DNA of 40,985 nucleotides. It comes from Candidatus Heimdallarchaeota archaeon (lineage in GTDB: Archaea; Asgardarchaeota; Heimdallarchaeia; Heimdallarchaeales; Heimdallarchaeaceae). Below are positions 1 through 10,109 of the stretch, piece by piece. The notes beneath the pieces were generated by a model. The model did no database searches. It was not told where the DNA came from and was given only the letters and a program-made list of their open reading frames with translations. Each line of letters opens with the position of its first letter. Positions within the stretch are counted from its first letter, which is position 1. The translations under genes and the position numbers were made by a program. The stretch lies in contig JAEOTE010000096.1 in the NCBI GenBank assembly GCA_016839945.1, forward strand, positions 1-40,985, in the 5' to 3' direction.

Positions 1-2
1 TA

Positions 3-1487
3 GTTGGGAAAGAAGAAGAAAAAAAATGTATAACTGAACTTATTAAGAAACTAAAAAGTGCAGAAGAAATTCATGATAAAATACTAATTGCAAAGGATTT
101 ATGGAAAACATTATTTGAAGTTGCAATGGTAAATATAGATCCTGATAAACAAGGTTATGATGAGCTTTTCAGTTATTTTGATGAATTTGTTTCATTTGAG
201 GAACTTATTTTCGGAGCTGATGATTTTTACAGAGATCACACTTTACACTCGTTATGGGTGTACTTCTTAGGTGAATATATCTTTAAGAAACCTGAATATG
301 ATTTCCTCCTAAACAACTTTAACAGAAACTTCCGACAAGCTGCATTGATAAGTAAATATTACAAAGCATTAGAGAAACCTACAATTTTCGGTGAATTATG
401 TGCAATTTTAGACAGAGTCGCAGGAATATTGAATTATGAAGATGCAATGAGATGTGTTATTTCCTTAACACATGACCTTGGTTATCCTTTGAAAAAAATT
501 GAGGAAATTAATACTGCAATTGGAAAAGTACTCCCATTCTTTTCAATTTCTAGCTTTGGAGAATTCAGTTTTCAATTTGAAACAATTCAACAATTTTACA
601 TTGAAAATTTACTCGAACTTCTTTCATTTAGAATTAGTTTCGAAGTAGATATAGGAGACATTAGTTTTGAAGATCGACAGTTGATTTTAGGTACAATTAA
701 CAAACTAAACCAAATAACTGCATACTTATTCAATTTGCAAGAACCAGATGAAGAAATGTTCAATGATTTGAAAAATACTTTATCCGAAGCTGGTGAAAAA
801 GAAGATGATCTTTTAAGAAGAATTTATACAGCAAGAGCTGTTATGAATAAAGAAGTAGCTACTATTCTGAGATTTTCTAACGATTTTGAACATTATAAAC
901 ATGGCATTATGAGTTCTTATTTATTGATGAAATCATTAAATGCTTTTTCTAATATCAGTATAAGTTACAGTGATCCTTCAGAAATTCCTGTGGAGAATAT
1001 GGATATTGCTACAATAAATTCTAAGTTATATATCCTGAGAGCAATGGCTGATCATACAAGCCCAGGTTTTCAAATAAGAGATTTTCAAACACATTCAGAT
1101 GTTTTGATATTAATTGATGAAATAGAAGAATTTTCAAGAATTTCAAGAGCAAATCAATACAGACAATTCATTAACGAATTTTGTAAAACAGATTTGAGTG
1201 TTAAAGATGGATGGTTGAATATTGACAATATTTTCGAAGATGTATCAGTTGTCGGTTTAGATCCTGAATTTCATTTTAGACATAAATGTAAGAAATTTTT
1301 GAGTATTTTTGAAATAAGAAATCTAGCAGAACAGATAAAAATAAGATTTAGATGCATAGGAAAATTACCTACAAACAACAATATCTACGAATTAAAGTTA
1401 CAAAATAATGAGGTTTTAGTTTCTATTAATGATGAACTCCAAGATTTATCTGATTATCTGGAAACAAAAGAAGTATTTCATTGCTAA
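3..1487 (+). CDS. HD-domain metal-dependent phosphohydrolase-like protein (5'-truncated by window edge)
   Basis: Frame is open from position 3 (VGKEEEKKC...) into the ATG at 126. HD-superfamily motifs RDHTLHS, THDLGYP, HGIMSS, DHT, IDEIEE. Confidence 0.7.
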   Translation, partial: VGKEEEKKCITELIKKLKSAEEIHDKILIAKDLWKTLFEVAMVNIDPDKQGYDELFSYFDEFVSFEELIFGADDFYRDHTLHSLWVYFLGEYIFKKPEYDFLLNNFNRNFRQAALISKYYKALEKPTIFGELCAILDRVAGILNYEDAMRCVISLTHDLGYPLKKIEEINTAIGKVLPFFSISSFGEFSFQFETIQQFYIENLLELLSFRISFEVDIGDISFEDRQLILGTINKLNQITAYLFNLQEPDEEMFNDLKNTLSEAGEKEDDLLRRIYTARAVMNKEVATILRFSNDFEHYKHGIMSSYLLMKSLNAFSNISISYSDPSEIPVENMDIATINSKLYILRAMADHTSPGFQIRDFQTHSDVLILIDEIEEFSRISRANQYRQFINEFCKTDLSVKDGWLNIDNIFEDVSVVGLDPEFHFRHKCKKFLSIFEIRNLAEQIKIRFRCIGKLPTNNNIYELKLQNNEVLVSINDELQDLSDYLETKEVFHC

Positions 1488-1508
1488 AATTCTTCTTTTT
1501 TCCATTTT

Positions 1509-1880
1509 CTATGTTAAGCTCTTTTTTGTAGTTGAATCAAGAAGTAAGTGACTGAAATAACCAAGTAAGAATCCAAATATTGCGTAGATAAATAAAAGAT
1601 GGTTATATCTTGGGATAACAACAAAGCAGAATACAAAAGAAGCAATAAATACCAGTGAGAACATAAACCAGGAATGGAAAAATTTTCTGTGGTCAGGATT
1701 TTTTGGACGTTCAATTATATCAGGAAGGATTGATCCAATAAAGATAGCAAAGAAAGAGTAGGCTAGTACTAGTATTAAACTAATAATGACGAATTCTGAA
1801 GAAAAGAAGTAATAAACACCCCCCACAATAGGTAATCCAAAAACCATTCCCCCTATAATGTGGGTTAATCTTCTAGACAT
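1509..1880 (-). CDS. membrane metal-dependent hydrolase (YdjM/LexA-binding-like family)
   Basis: Motifs THIIGG, GSILPD, HRKFFHS, GYFSHLLLD among TM helices. Likely start MSRRLTH at 1880; the ORF track extends to 1946. Confidence 0.8.
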   Translation of the reverse strand: MSRRLTHIIGGMVFGLPIVGGVYYFFSSEFVIISLILVLAYSFFAIFIGSILPDIIERPKNPDHRKFFHSWFMFSLVFIASFVFCFVVIPRYNHLLFIYAIFGFLLGYFSHLLLDSTTKKSLT

Positions 1881-1961
1881 AAAATCATTTACACCTACAA
1901 TATAATGTAAACTTTCGTATTTAAACAGAAGTAAAACTATAGTCATACAGTCGATTGAATT

Positions 1962-2114
1962 TTAATAAGCAACTTGTTTTGAATTGTCTCCCATAACAAA
2001 AACTTGTGGTTGTTGGTTTGGAAGTAAATACCAATAAACCAAATTACAAGACTTACAATAGAAGTAGTCATCTTTAAGCTTAACAGTATATCTTCCACAT
2101 TTACGACACTTCAT
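1962..2114 (-). CDS. 50-aa zinc-ribbon microprotein (not in ORF track)
   Basis: Manual translation MKCRKCGRYTVKLKDDYFYCKSCNLVYWYLLPNQQPQVFVMGDNSKQVAY*. CxxCG-x13-CxxC. GGTGT just upstream of the ATG. Confidence 0.7.
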   Translation of the reverse strand: MKCRKCGRYTVKLKDDYFYCKSCNLVYWYLLPNQQPQVFVMGDNSKQVAY

Positions 2115-2324
2115 TATTACACCATATAGATATTCACTCTTTTATGTGTTTTTGAAAAGAAAACACAAATAAAGGCGTATAATCAAGATTTCTATTATTA
2201 AAGTATGTTTTTTTAATTTTTTAAAATTATGATTTGTGTTTGTTTAGAAGAGACCTTAATATAATCAAAGAAAAAGTTTATCTAAAAGCTAATTTTACAA
2301 AAATAAAATGTAAAAGGTTTTATA

Positions 2325-3296
2325 ATGAAGATTAAAGAGCATTTACAGAAAATCAAGAGAAAGCATGTCATTTACAGCATTTTGATATCTATATTCATAG
2401 TAATTCTTGTACTTTATTTGTACAGTAGATTTGTTCCAGGGAATTTTATTGAAAACTTGTATGAGAATAATAAATGGAATGAAGAATTATCCTATATAGA
2501 TTTTCTCAAAAATTACATAGATTCACTTTTTATTTATGCATTTAGTGCTCTAATATTACTCTGGATAGCAAACATTGTTCTTCATGTAGTAAAAAAGAGA
2601 GTATCTCCAGATGTTCATAATACTCTTCATGTTTTAATGCGAGTAATCATCATCCCTGTTTTTGTAATTGCCTATCTTAACAAATTTGATGCATATACAG
2701 GAGCATTGATCGGTGTTGCTGCAACTTTAGGTGCTGCTTTTGGTATAGCAGCTGCAAGATCAGTAAGTGATCTCATTTCAGGATTATATATGGTTTTTAG
2801 TAAACACCATAATGTTGGTGATTACATTATTATTCCTGGCATGGAACTAGAGGGGATTGTGAAAAGTATATCGGTAAACTATCTAATCTTACTAAAAGCT
2901 GACGGAAGTAACGCTATAATCCCAAATAGTAAACTAAGAGAAGAGGAAATAATCAATACTGCCATTGTAACTTCAGAAAAAGAAAGAGATGGAATCTCTG
3001 ATTTCTTTCTCTATGGAAAAAAAGTATCTGAAACACAATACGTCTATCCCTTAAAATGGGCAAGTGATTCCGTAGATAGTCACGAAAATTGTGTTAAAGC
3101 CATTAAGAAAACTGCTACACAATTCAAAGATTACTTGGAAGGTGATATTGTGTGGCAAATAAGTCAACGAGATAGGTTGAATAGAACATATCTTATCTCA
3201 TTATTAGTTCTTAATCCTGAGACTCTCTTAACTTTAGTTGGAAATTTCATTAATGCACTTGAAAAGAATTATGAGTCATTAAAAAATAAGAACTAA
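2325..3296 (+). CDS. small-conductance mechanosensitive channel (MscS family)
   Basis: TM helices followed by GAAFGIAA..VSDLISG, NVGDYI, GIVKSI, IIPNSKL. Confidence 0.85.
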   Translation: MKIKEHLQKIKRKHVIYSILISIFIVILVLYLYSRFVPGNFIENLYENNKWNEELSYIDFLKNYIDSLFIYAFSALILLWIANIVLHVVKKRVSPDVHNTLHVLMRVIIIPVFVIAYLNKFDAYTGALIGVAATLGAAFGIAAARSVSDLISGLYMVFSKHHNVGDYIIIPGMELEGIVKSISVNYLILLKADGSNAIIPNSKLREEEIINTAIVTSEKERDGISDFFLYGKKVSETQYVYPLKWASDSVDSHENCVKAIKKTATQFKDYLEGDIVWQISQRDRLNRTYLISLLVLNPETLLTLVGNFINALEKNYESLKNKN

Positions 3297-3310
3297 CAAG
3301 TGATACTAAT

Positions 3311-4294
3311 ATGGAACTCGAAGAAATTGAGATAGATTTAAAGAAGAAATATACTATCACATGGTCAGCTATTATTGCAATTTTAGCAATGTATGTTATT
3401 ATTCTAATAGTACCAAATTATCTCCTAAACAAATTTGCATCTGGAAGCTTTAAAACTTACTTGGAAAATAATCCCTATCTATCTTTCTTGGTTAGTTTCA
3501 TAGCAATGGGGATTTTGTTGTTGATATTACTCCCATTTCTGCTAGATATATTAGAAGGTAGAAAGTCTTACAAACAATTTCTTAAAAACCTAAGGATTAC
3601 AAAAATCAAACCTGTTTTACGGATACTAGGTTTAGGCATTCTTTCAGCTGTAATAGTTTTAGCTCTTGCTAGATTTGCAGCCTACTTAGGAACAATCAAG
3701 TCAGGCTTCTATCTCTTTGACATTTCAAGAATATTAGGCAAAGAATCTCCTCTTTACACATCCTTATTCCCTGGAATATGGGAAGAAGTTGTTTTTAGAG
3801 GGATAATACTTACTATGCTTCTACGAATCTATTCTGAAAAGAAGTCCATTATCATTAATGGATTACTTTTTGGTTTCTTTCATTTGGTAAACCTTCTGAA
3901 TTTTCTTTTTGGAACAGCATTTACCATAGAATCTCTAGTTTCCATACTTTTTCAAGTAGTATATGCAACTGCAATAGGATTCTTTTATGCATACCTTTTT
4001 GTTAAAACTAAAAGCTTAATCCCCTCAATAATTAGTCATTATTTGATAGATGCTTTCCTTATCCTCATGATCAACGTAGGAAATGTTGATTTCTATCTTT
4101 TCATAGTTATTCTAACAATTATAGGAATTGGAATATTTCCTTCCATAATAAATCTCGCAATTGTTGGTTTATTGTATAAGAAATTCCCAGAAAAAGAAGA
4201 GGAACCTCTAAAACCTCTACCTGATGAGGAGTTAGATATCCATGAAGAAGATGTAGTTAACGTTGATGTAAAACATTCTGAAGATGATGTCTGA
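3311..4294 (+). CDS. CPBP (CAAX/Abi) family intramembrane metalloprotease
   Basis: EEVVFRG, FGFFH and SHYLID motifs in a multi-TM protein with an acidic C-tail. Confidence 0.9.
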   Translation: MELEEIEIDLKKKYTITWSAIIAILAMYVIILIVPNYLLNKFASGSFKTYLENNPYLSFLVSFIAMGILLLILLPFLLDILEGRKSYKQFLKNLRITKIKPVLRILGLGILSAVIVLALARFAAYLGTIKSGFYLFDISRILGKESPLYTSLFPGIWEEVVFRGIILTMLLRIYSEKKSIIINGLLFGFFHLVNLLNFLFGTAFTIESLVSILFQVVYATAIGFFYAYLFVKTKSLIPSIISHYLIDAFLILMINVGNVDFYLFIVILTIIGIGIFPSIINLAIVGLLYKKFPEKEEEPLKPLPDEELDIHEEDVVNVDVKHSEDDV

Positions 4295-4308
4295 AATATT
4301 CCCTTCTC

Positions 4309-5655
4309 TTAATCACTGGGTTTAGTAATCTCTGTTTTTTGTGTAATAGTAATTTCTGACTCACTATCTACAACATCCCCATAAAGATTTCTTATTATAT
4401 TTAATCTCGATGCATCTCTTCTCGTTGCGAAACTTGCAACCTTACCATTTAACCACTCAAGTGTTCCAATGAATTTCGCTTTCTCCCATAATTTTAATAT
4501 TACAAACCATAAAAGAATGAGTGTGAATCCATAGATAAATGCTAGATAACCATAAGAAGACCAATTAGGAAATATTTTATCTAAGATAAGGATTTTAATT
4601 GAATTACCCAAAAAAGGTTCGAAAACAAAAATCGTTAAGGTTACTAATCCAAACCTTCGAACGAATGTGCTTTGAAATATTTTGCGAATTTTGTTTTCTT
4701 CTGATGTATAATGAATTCGATACAAACCTGTACAGACTAAAATTAGTGCACCAATTTGGAGAAAACTCCATTGATTTGGTAGAGTCTGATTTACTTCATT
4801 TATATCAGGATTACCATAAATCCCTAAGAGAACAGATCCTGAGATTAAATATGCTATACCGCTAGAAGTTCCAATTGCTACAACTCTCCTATGACTTATT
4901 TTTTGTGAGAAAGCTATTCCAAACATACCTCCATAGAGTGCATATCCAACAAATGGAAATAATGGATAGATATCTCCTATTAGAATTGAGTATAATGCTC
5001 CCTTAACATGCTTATTGTTCAGATAAGCATCATACCAAATAGGACGTAACAGTTTTTTCATAGGTTGAGTTATTAATACAATTGTTGTAGCTAGAATTCC
5101 CATTATAATCAAATTTCTGTTAACTTTCTTATATCCCTCTTTGATACATAATAATCCAACTACTAAACCTGTACAAATAATACTTAATCCTATTATAAAC
5201 AAAGCAGAGGTTCTATAAACCAGAGTAAAAACACTTGGTAATTGAAGTTCTCCTGTTTGCATACTACCAATTATTAATGTATATTGAAGTGGACCTTCAG
5301 GATAAGGATTTTGTAAATCACCAATCATTGTGTGATTAAAAATTCCGACTTGTATTTTACCCAATAAAATAACCCATAATCCTGTAAAGAATGATCCTAG
5401 AATTATATGTATAGGTTTATTTCTACCTGAACTTGCACGATTGTACATGCTTAGTGCATTTGACATTCCAGAAATAACTGCAAATATTCCAGCTGCTTTT
5501 GCAATCAACAATGTAAGTCCAGCGATTGGATTACTTAAAATTTGATTCATCTGATTTCTACTAGGAAGGTTTTCCCAGTAGTATGAACCATGAAAGAATA
5601 ACATAATCAAGATAGCTGCTCCACGTAACCAATCAACTACTTGAATACGTTTCAT
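4309..5655 (-). CDS. heparan-alpha-glucosaminide N-acetyltransferase-like (DUF1624) membrane protein
   Basis: N-terminal RIQVVDWLRGAAILIMLFFH, YPLFPFVGY, C-terminal GTLEWL; about 10-12 TM segments. Confidence 0.7.
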   Translation of the reverse strand: MKRIQVVDWLRGAAILIMLFFHGSYYWENLPSRNQMNQILSNPIAGLTLLIAKAAGIFAVISGMSNALSMYNRASSGRNKPIHIILGSFFTGLWVILLGKIQVGIFNHTMIGDLQNPYPEGPLQYTLIIGSMQTGELQLPSVFTLVYRTSALFIIGLSIICTGLVVGLLCIKEGYKKVNRNLIIMGILATTIVLITQPMKKLLRPIWYDAYLNNKHVKGALYSILIGDIYPLFPFVGYALYGGMFGIAFSQKISHRRVVAIGTSSGIAYLISGSVLLGIYGNPDINEVNQTLPNQWSFLQIGALILVCTGLYRIHYTSEENKIRKIFQSTFVRRFGLVTLTIFVFEPFLGNSIKILILDKIFPNWSSYGYLAFIYGFTLILLWFVILKLWEKAKFIGTLEWLNGKVASFATRRDASRLNIIRNLYGDVVDSESEITITQKTEITKPSD

Positions 5656-5749
5656 TCAAAAACTACTATGCGTAACCTATGTTAAAAATATTTTGCGTTG
5701 AAGATTATAAAATTAAATAAATTTATTTACAACTGATTAACAATATCAA

Positions 5750-6685
5750 TTGAAAGTATCTATAACAGAAAAGGAGAAGAGAAGTATGATTTTAGTATCC
5801 AATTTGAAAAAAGATAATAGATTCGTGTCATTCACAGTTTGTTTTTTCGCATACATAATTGCATTAGGAATAGCAATAGGTGTTGGTTATGGGTTGAGAA
5901 ACTATCTTCATCCGATATTAATAGCATTTATTATAGATATTATCGCTACATTGTTTATTTTCTTCTTAAGCAGTATTTTCAAAAATACAAGCTTATATGA
6001 CCCATATTGGTCTGTTGCTCCAATCCCCATCTTTATCTACTGGTTGATTTTTTCTGGAGCTTTTTCAAATCTTACAACTAGACAAATCATAGTTTTAGCT
6101 ATTGTTGCTTTCTGGGGAATTAGACTTACACTTAACTGGATAAGAGGATGGCAAGGACTAAATCACGAAGATTGGAGATATACTAAATTTAGAACAGAAA
6201 AACCAAAAATATTCTGGTTCATTAATCTTACTGGTTTGCAGCTCATGCCAACAATCATTGTTTTTCTTGGTTGTTTGTCTCTCTTTCCTGTTGCAGCTTC
6301 CACAGATCCTACTATTGGAGTTTTAGATATTATTGGCATTATAATAACTGTAATTGGAATATTAATGGAAACAATAAGTGATGAACAGTTAAAAAAATTC
6401 AAGAAAACAAAAAAAGGAGAACTAATGACCAAAGGTTTGTGGAAAATATCCAGACACCCTAACTATTTTGGTCAAATAATTTTCTGGTGGGGATTATACT
6501 TCTTTGCTCTTTCTATTAACGGAGAATACTGGTGGATGATTGTAGGTCCTATCGTAATGACAATCTTGTTCATTGTAATAAGTATTCCAATGATGGAAAA
6601 AAGATTAGTTGAGAAATACCCACAATTCTTGGAATACAAAAAAAGAGTTTCAATGCTAATTCCTTGGATTCAAAAGAAAAAATGA
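5750..6685 (+). CDS. DUF1295 family protein (steroid 5-alpha-reductase-like membrane enzyme)
   Basis: YDPYWS, WGIRL, EDWRY, ETISDEQL, GLWKISRHPNYFG. Start may be the ATG at 5786. Confidence 0.9.
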   Translation: MKVSITEKEKRSMILVSNLKKDNRFVSFTVCFFAYIIALGIAIGVGYGLRNYLHPILIAFIIDIIATLFIFFLSSIFKNTSLYDPYWSVAPIPIFIYWLIFSGAFSNLTTRQIIVLAIVAFWGIRLTLNWIRGWQGLNHEDWRYTKFRTEKPKIFWFINLTGLQLMPTIIVFLGCLSLFPVAASTDPTIGVLDIIGIIITVIGILMETISDEQLKKFKKTKKGELMTKGLWKISRHPNYFGQIIFWWGLYFFALSINGEYWWMIVGPIVMTILFIVISIPMMEKRLVEKYPQFLEYKKRVSMLIPWIQKKK

Positions 6686-6691
6686 AGAGGT

Positions 6692-8803
6692 TTATTCTCG
6701 AGTTAATATCTTTGGGAGTAAATTCTTTTTTCTGAGAATAACATAAGTCGCTACAAGACCACCAGTGAACGCTATTGAAACACATGAAATTATTATTTTA
6801 TTACTTGTGGATAATCCTCTAAAATACAACAGCTGAATACTTTGGATGCCGTCTTGATTCTCAATAATCAATTCGATTTCTTTAGCATTTTTCTGTATGT
6901 TGCTTAGAGAAACTGAAAGATTAAGAGGTTTCCAATGAGCTGGAAATTCAAATGTATCTGAATATATTTCTTCATTATCTACGATAACATAAACGGATCC
7001 TGGAGTTGTGTAATCTCTTCTATAACAGTCCCAAACAGAGAAATTGAGATTTAAAATTCCATTAGAAACATCGAGAAGATTATCTTGAATGTTGATTACA
7101 GGTTTTTCATAGAATTTTTGAAAATTCTGCACCCAAAAGTATGTATTATTTTCACCATCTATCACTAATTCCCAAGCTATTTCTCCTCCTGAAGTTACTT
7201 CTGTGATAAATATTGGATCTCGCATATTTAGAACCATAGCTTTGTTTGCAAACACTCCTATTGTGTTCCCATCAGGTAATCTATTCAAGTCCCCTGCAGA
7301 TTCTGGAGTGTAATAGCTGTCATTTGAAGGAACCCATGACCATCTCTCCTTAATTGTTTTATTAATTTCATTTATTTCAAATTCAAGTAGTCGTGAATAA
7401 CCTTGAGAACCCTCTAATGTCATAGTTTCAGGATTGGTTACATTGTATAGATCATTATCAAAGATAATAAATCTCCCATTATCAATTCTCTCAAATCCAT
7501 GAGGAGAATAGAAAATTGTAGGAACGATTTCTCCTTCCTTATTATATATAGTAAAATTACTTCCTTCTCCAGCTTCCCAAATAATATCTTTAGTATTATA
7601 GTCTATTTTTGCTATTACATTCAGATTACGAATATTTAGGTAAATTGTTCCTTCTTCTTTATCCCAAGAAAAGCTATTGCTATGCATCCAATCAGCTCCA
7701 CCTAGGAAAGTGAGATTCATTCCTAATCTTGTATGTCTTGTTGAATTAAATGGAAACTTAACTCGTCCATCCCACTCCCATATTAAATCACCATTTCTAT
7801 TATATTCACTTAGTTTGTCATAGAGGATTCTGAATCCATCCCATGTTTCTGATGTATTTGAATAAACATTTTCTAAAACCATGATAGTATCAGTTTCAGG
7901 ATTATAATCAAAATCATGATGACCTGCAGGAATATTAAGTAATTCAACTACATCTGTTTTATAATTCCAGATCTCCATGAAGCCTTGTTGACCTCCTATT
8001 AGAACACTTGTTGAGTTAATGAATTTATGAACAGTATGAGCAGTATCTTCCAATTCTGCAACTGTTTCTCCAAGATGATTTATAATTTTTAATGTACCAG
8101 GTACTAGATTTGATACGTGGGGAACTCCAATTTGATCAGATCTAAGGTTAATTTGAATAATAGGTAATAATGCAAGACCATTTTTGTTATAGAGATCTCT
8201 TTTATCTAATCGAACTGATATATCACTCGAAATATCTTGAGGTCCTATATAAGTTCCCATTATAGTAGCTGCAGCAGTTTCAACAATTTGATTAACTCTT
8301 AGAACTTTTTTGAAATCTCCTTCAAAATGTAAAGTACCTTTCATCACAGCTTTTTGAGGTGTTATATCTTGTCTTAAAATATCTTTAGTTAAACTAAAAT
8401 CTAATTCAATCAAAATTCCGTAATTTTCTGGAGGATTCGGACCTATTTCAAAAATTATAGAATTATTTCCTATAAAAAACCACATATCATCTTCATCAGT
8501 TATATTGAAGTAGACAATTTCTTCCCAATCTTTTATTAAATCAAAAATTACTGGACTGTGATCTCCTATATATTGGCCAAAAATTACAAAATCTGACATA
8601 TCACTCCATGTAAAAGTATCTAATTTTAACTTCTCTCGAAGATCATCTCTGATGTCTAGAATATGTTGAGGTGCATCTTCTAAATTAAAAGGCACTGGAC
8701 GGAATTTAATCTTAATATAAAAGAAAAGACCCAGTCCTGTAGCTATAATAATAAGAAACAAACTACCAATTGCAATTAAAATTATCTTAGTTCGTTTTCT
8801 CAT
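6692..8803 (-). CDS. membrane-anchored aryl-sulfate sulfotransferase (ASST) with N-terminal SCP2-like domain
   Basis: ASST motifs GHHDF, WMHSNS, IRN, PHG, IFDND. SCP2-type DITPQKAVMKGTLHFEGD. N- and C-terminal TM helices. Confidence 0.75.
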   Translation of the reverse strand: MRKRTKIILIAIGSLFLIIIATGLGLFFYIKIKFRPVPFNLEDAPQHILDIRDDLREKLKLDTFTWSDMSDFVIFGQYIGDHSPVIFDLIKDWEEIVYFNITDEDDMWFFIGNNSIIFEIGPNPPENYGILIELDFSLTKDILRQDITPQKAVMKGTLHFEGDFKKVLRVNQIVETAAATIMGTYIGPQDISSDISVRLDKRDLYNKNGLALLPIIQINLRSDQIGVPHVSNLVPGTLKIINHLGETVAELEDTAHTVHKFINSTSVLIGGQQGFMEIWNYKTDVVELLNIPAGHHDFDYNPETDTIMVLENVYSNTSETWDGFRILYDKLSEYNRNGDLIWEWDGRVKFPFNSTRHTRLGMNLTFLGGADWMHSNSFSWDKEEGTIYLNIRNLNVIAKIDYNTKDIIWEAGEGSNFTIYNKEGEIVPTIFYSPHGFERIDNGRFIIFDNDLYNVTNPETMTLEGSQGYSRLLEFEINEINKTIKERWSWVPSNDSYYTPESAGDLNRLPDGNTIGVFANKAMVLNMRDPIFITEVTSGGEIAWELVIDGENNTYFWVQNFQKFYEKPVINIQDNLLDVSNGILNLNFSVWDCYRRDYTTPGSVYVIVDNEEIYSDTFEFPAHWKPLNLSVSLSNIQKNAKEIELIIENQDGIQSIQLLYFRGLSTSNKIIISCVSIAFTGGLVATYVILRKKNLLPKILTRE

Positions 8804-8910
8804 CTCAACCCTTTTTAAACCTAGAGTTTTTCAACATTTTGGTTTGAATTTTCAATAAAAAATACCTAGAGAAATATTCTTCAATTGCTATGTACTATTT
8901 CCATTGAAAT

Positions 8911-10047
8911 ATGTTTAAGCGTAAGAAAAAATCAAAAGAACCAGACGAATTCAAGTTTCCGATACCAATGTATTATCTTGCTAGATTCTTCTACAACCAT
9001 TTCAAATTTAATATGAAATTGGGTAATTGGGAAACGAAATGTCTTAAGAAAAAACTAGAGAAAATAACTATTAGAAATCCTATTTTTGTTATGGGTTTTG
9101 CAAGAGCTGGAACTACAGTTACAGTTGAAATGATAGGAAAACATTCAGATGTTGCATACCATAAATATTTACATTTAATTAATTCATTTATCCCTCATTG
9201 GTTGCAAAAAGTAGCAAATATGGTTCCTATAGTGTTTAAAAAGCCTGTAGTAAGATTACATAAAGATTCATTATTAGTAAATAGAGATAGTCCTGAAGCT
9301 GTAGAAGAAACAATATGGATGAGATTCATTGATTCAGTACAAAATGAAAATGTTTCTAACATTTTAGATACAAGTACATCAAATTCTGAATTTGAAAATT
9401 TCTATAAGAACAACATAAAAAAACTACAATATAATCAAAAAGGCTCAAGATACTTGACTAAAAATAATTACAATGTTTCCAGAATTAAATATCTTGAAAA
9501 ACTCTTTCCTGATTTAAGATTGATAATAATCATCCGTCATCCTGTGAATCATATAGCTTCTCTAATTAAACAAGATCGTGTACTTGGAGAGTTAGAAACA
9601 GAAGATAAGCGATTATTACATTGGACTCAATTAATGGGTCATAGAGAATTTGGAACTTACAAGCTTATAGTTAATTTTAATGATAATGAAAAAGTAAAAT
9701 TAATACGCAATTTATGGGAAAACAAAAAAACATGTGTTGAGGGATGGGCAATTTACTGGAAATGGACTTATGAGTATTTGTTAAATCTACTAAAGGAAGA
9801 CAAAGATTTAGCTGCTAAAACACTAATTCTTCGATATGAAGATTTAACCGATAAGTCAGAAGAAGCAATTGACAAGATTGTTGAACATATAGGACTTTCT
9901 CATGAAGATTTTAAGCCTATTAAAGAAGAATACGTAACTAAACTAACTCAACCTAAATACTACAAACCTTCTTTTAGTGAAAGTGAATTGAAAAAAATAA
10001 AAGAAATTACTTATGACATCGCTAAGATTTACGATTATTACAAGTAA
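8911..10047 (+). CDS. PAPS-dependent sulfotransferase (Sulfotransfer_3-like)
   Basis: 5'-PSB loop PIFVMGFARAGTT, 3'-PB IIIRHPVNHIASL, LRYEDL. Confidence 0.9.
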   Translation: MFKRKKKSKEPDEFKFPIPMYYLARFFYNHFKFNMKLGNWETKCLKKKLEKITIRNPIFVMGFARAGTTVTVEMIGKHSDVAYHKYLHLINSFIPHWLQKVANMVPIVFKKPVVRLHKDSLLVNRDSPEAVEETIWMRFIDSVQNENVSNILDTSTSNSEFENFYKNNIKKLQYNQKGSRYLTKNNYNVSRIKYLEKLFPDLRLIIIIRHPVNHIASLIKQDRVLGELETEDKRLLHWTQLMGHREFGTYKLIVNFNDNEKVKLIRNLWENKKTCVEGWAIYWKWTYEYLLNLLKEDKDLAAKTLILRYEDLTDKSEEAIDKIVEHIGLSHEDFKPIKEEYVTKLTQPKYYKPSFSESELKKIKEITYDIAKIYDYYK

Positions 10048-10109
10048 CTTATTGAAACTATTGCACAGTAAATTTATTAAGCCCATACTAAATAATTCTG
10101 TCGTAGAAA

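Noticed and set aside
2139-2175. Imperfect inverted repeat TTTATGTGTTTT...AAAACACAAATAAA
   Set aside because: Almost all A/T with mismatches; expected by chance at this base composition.
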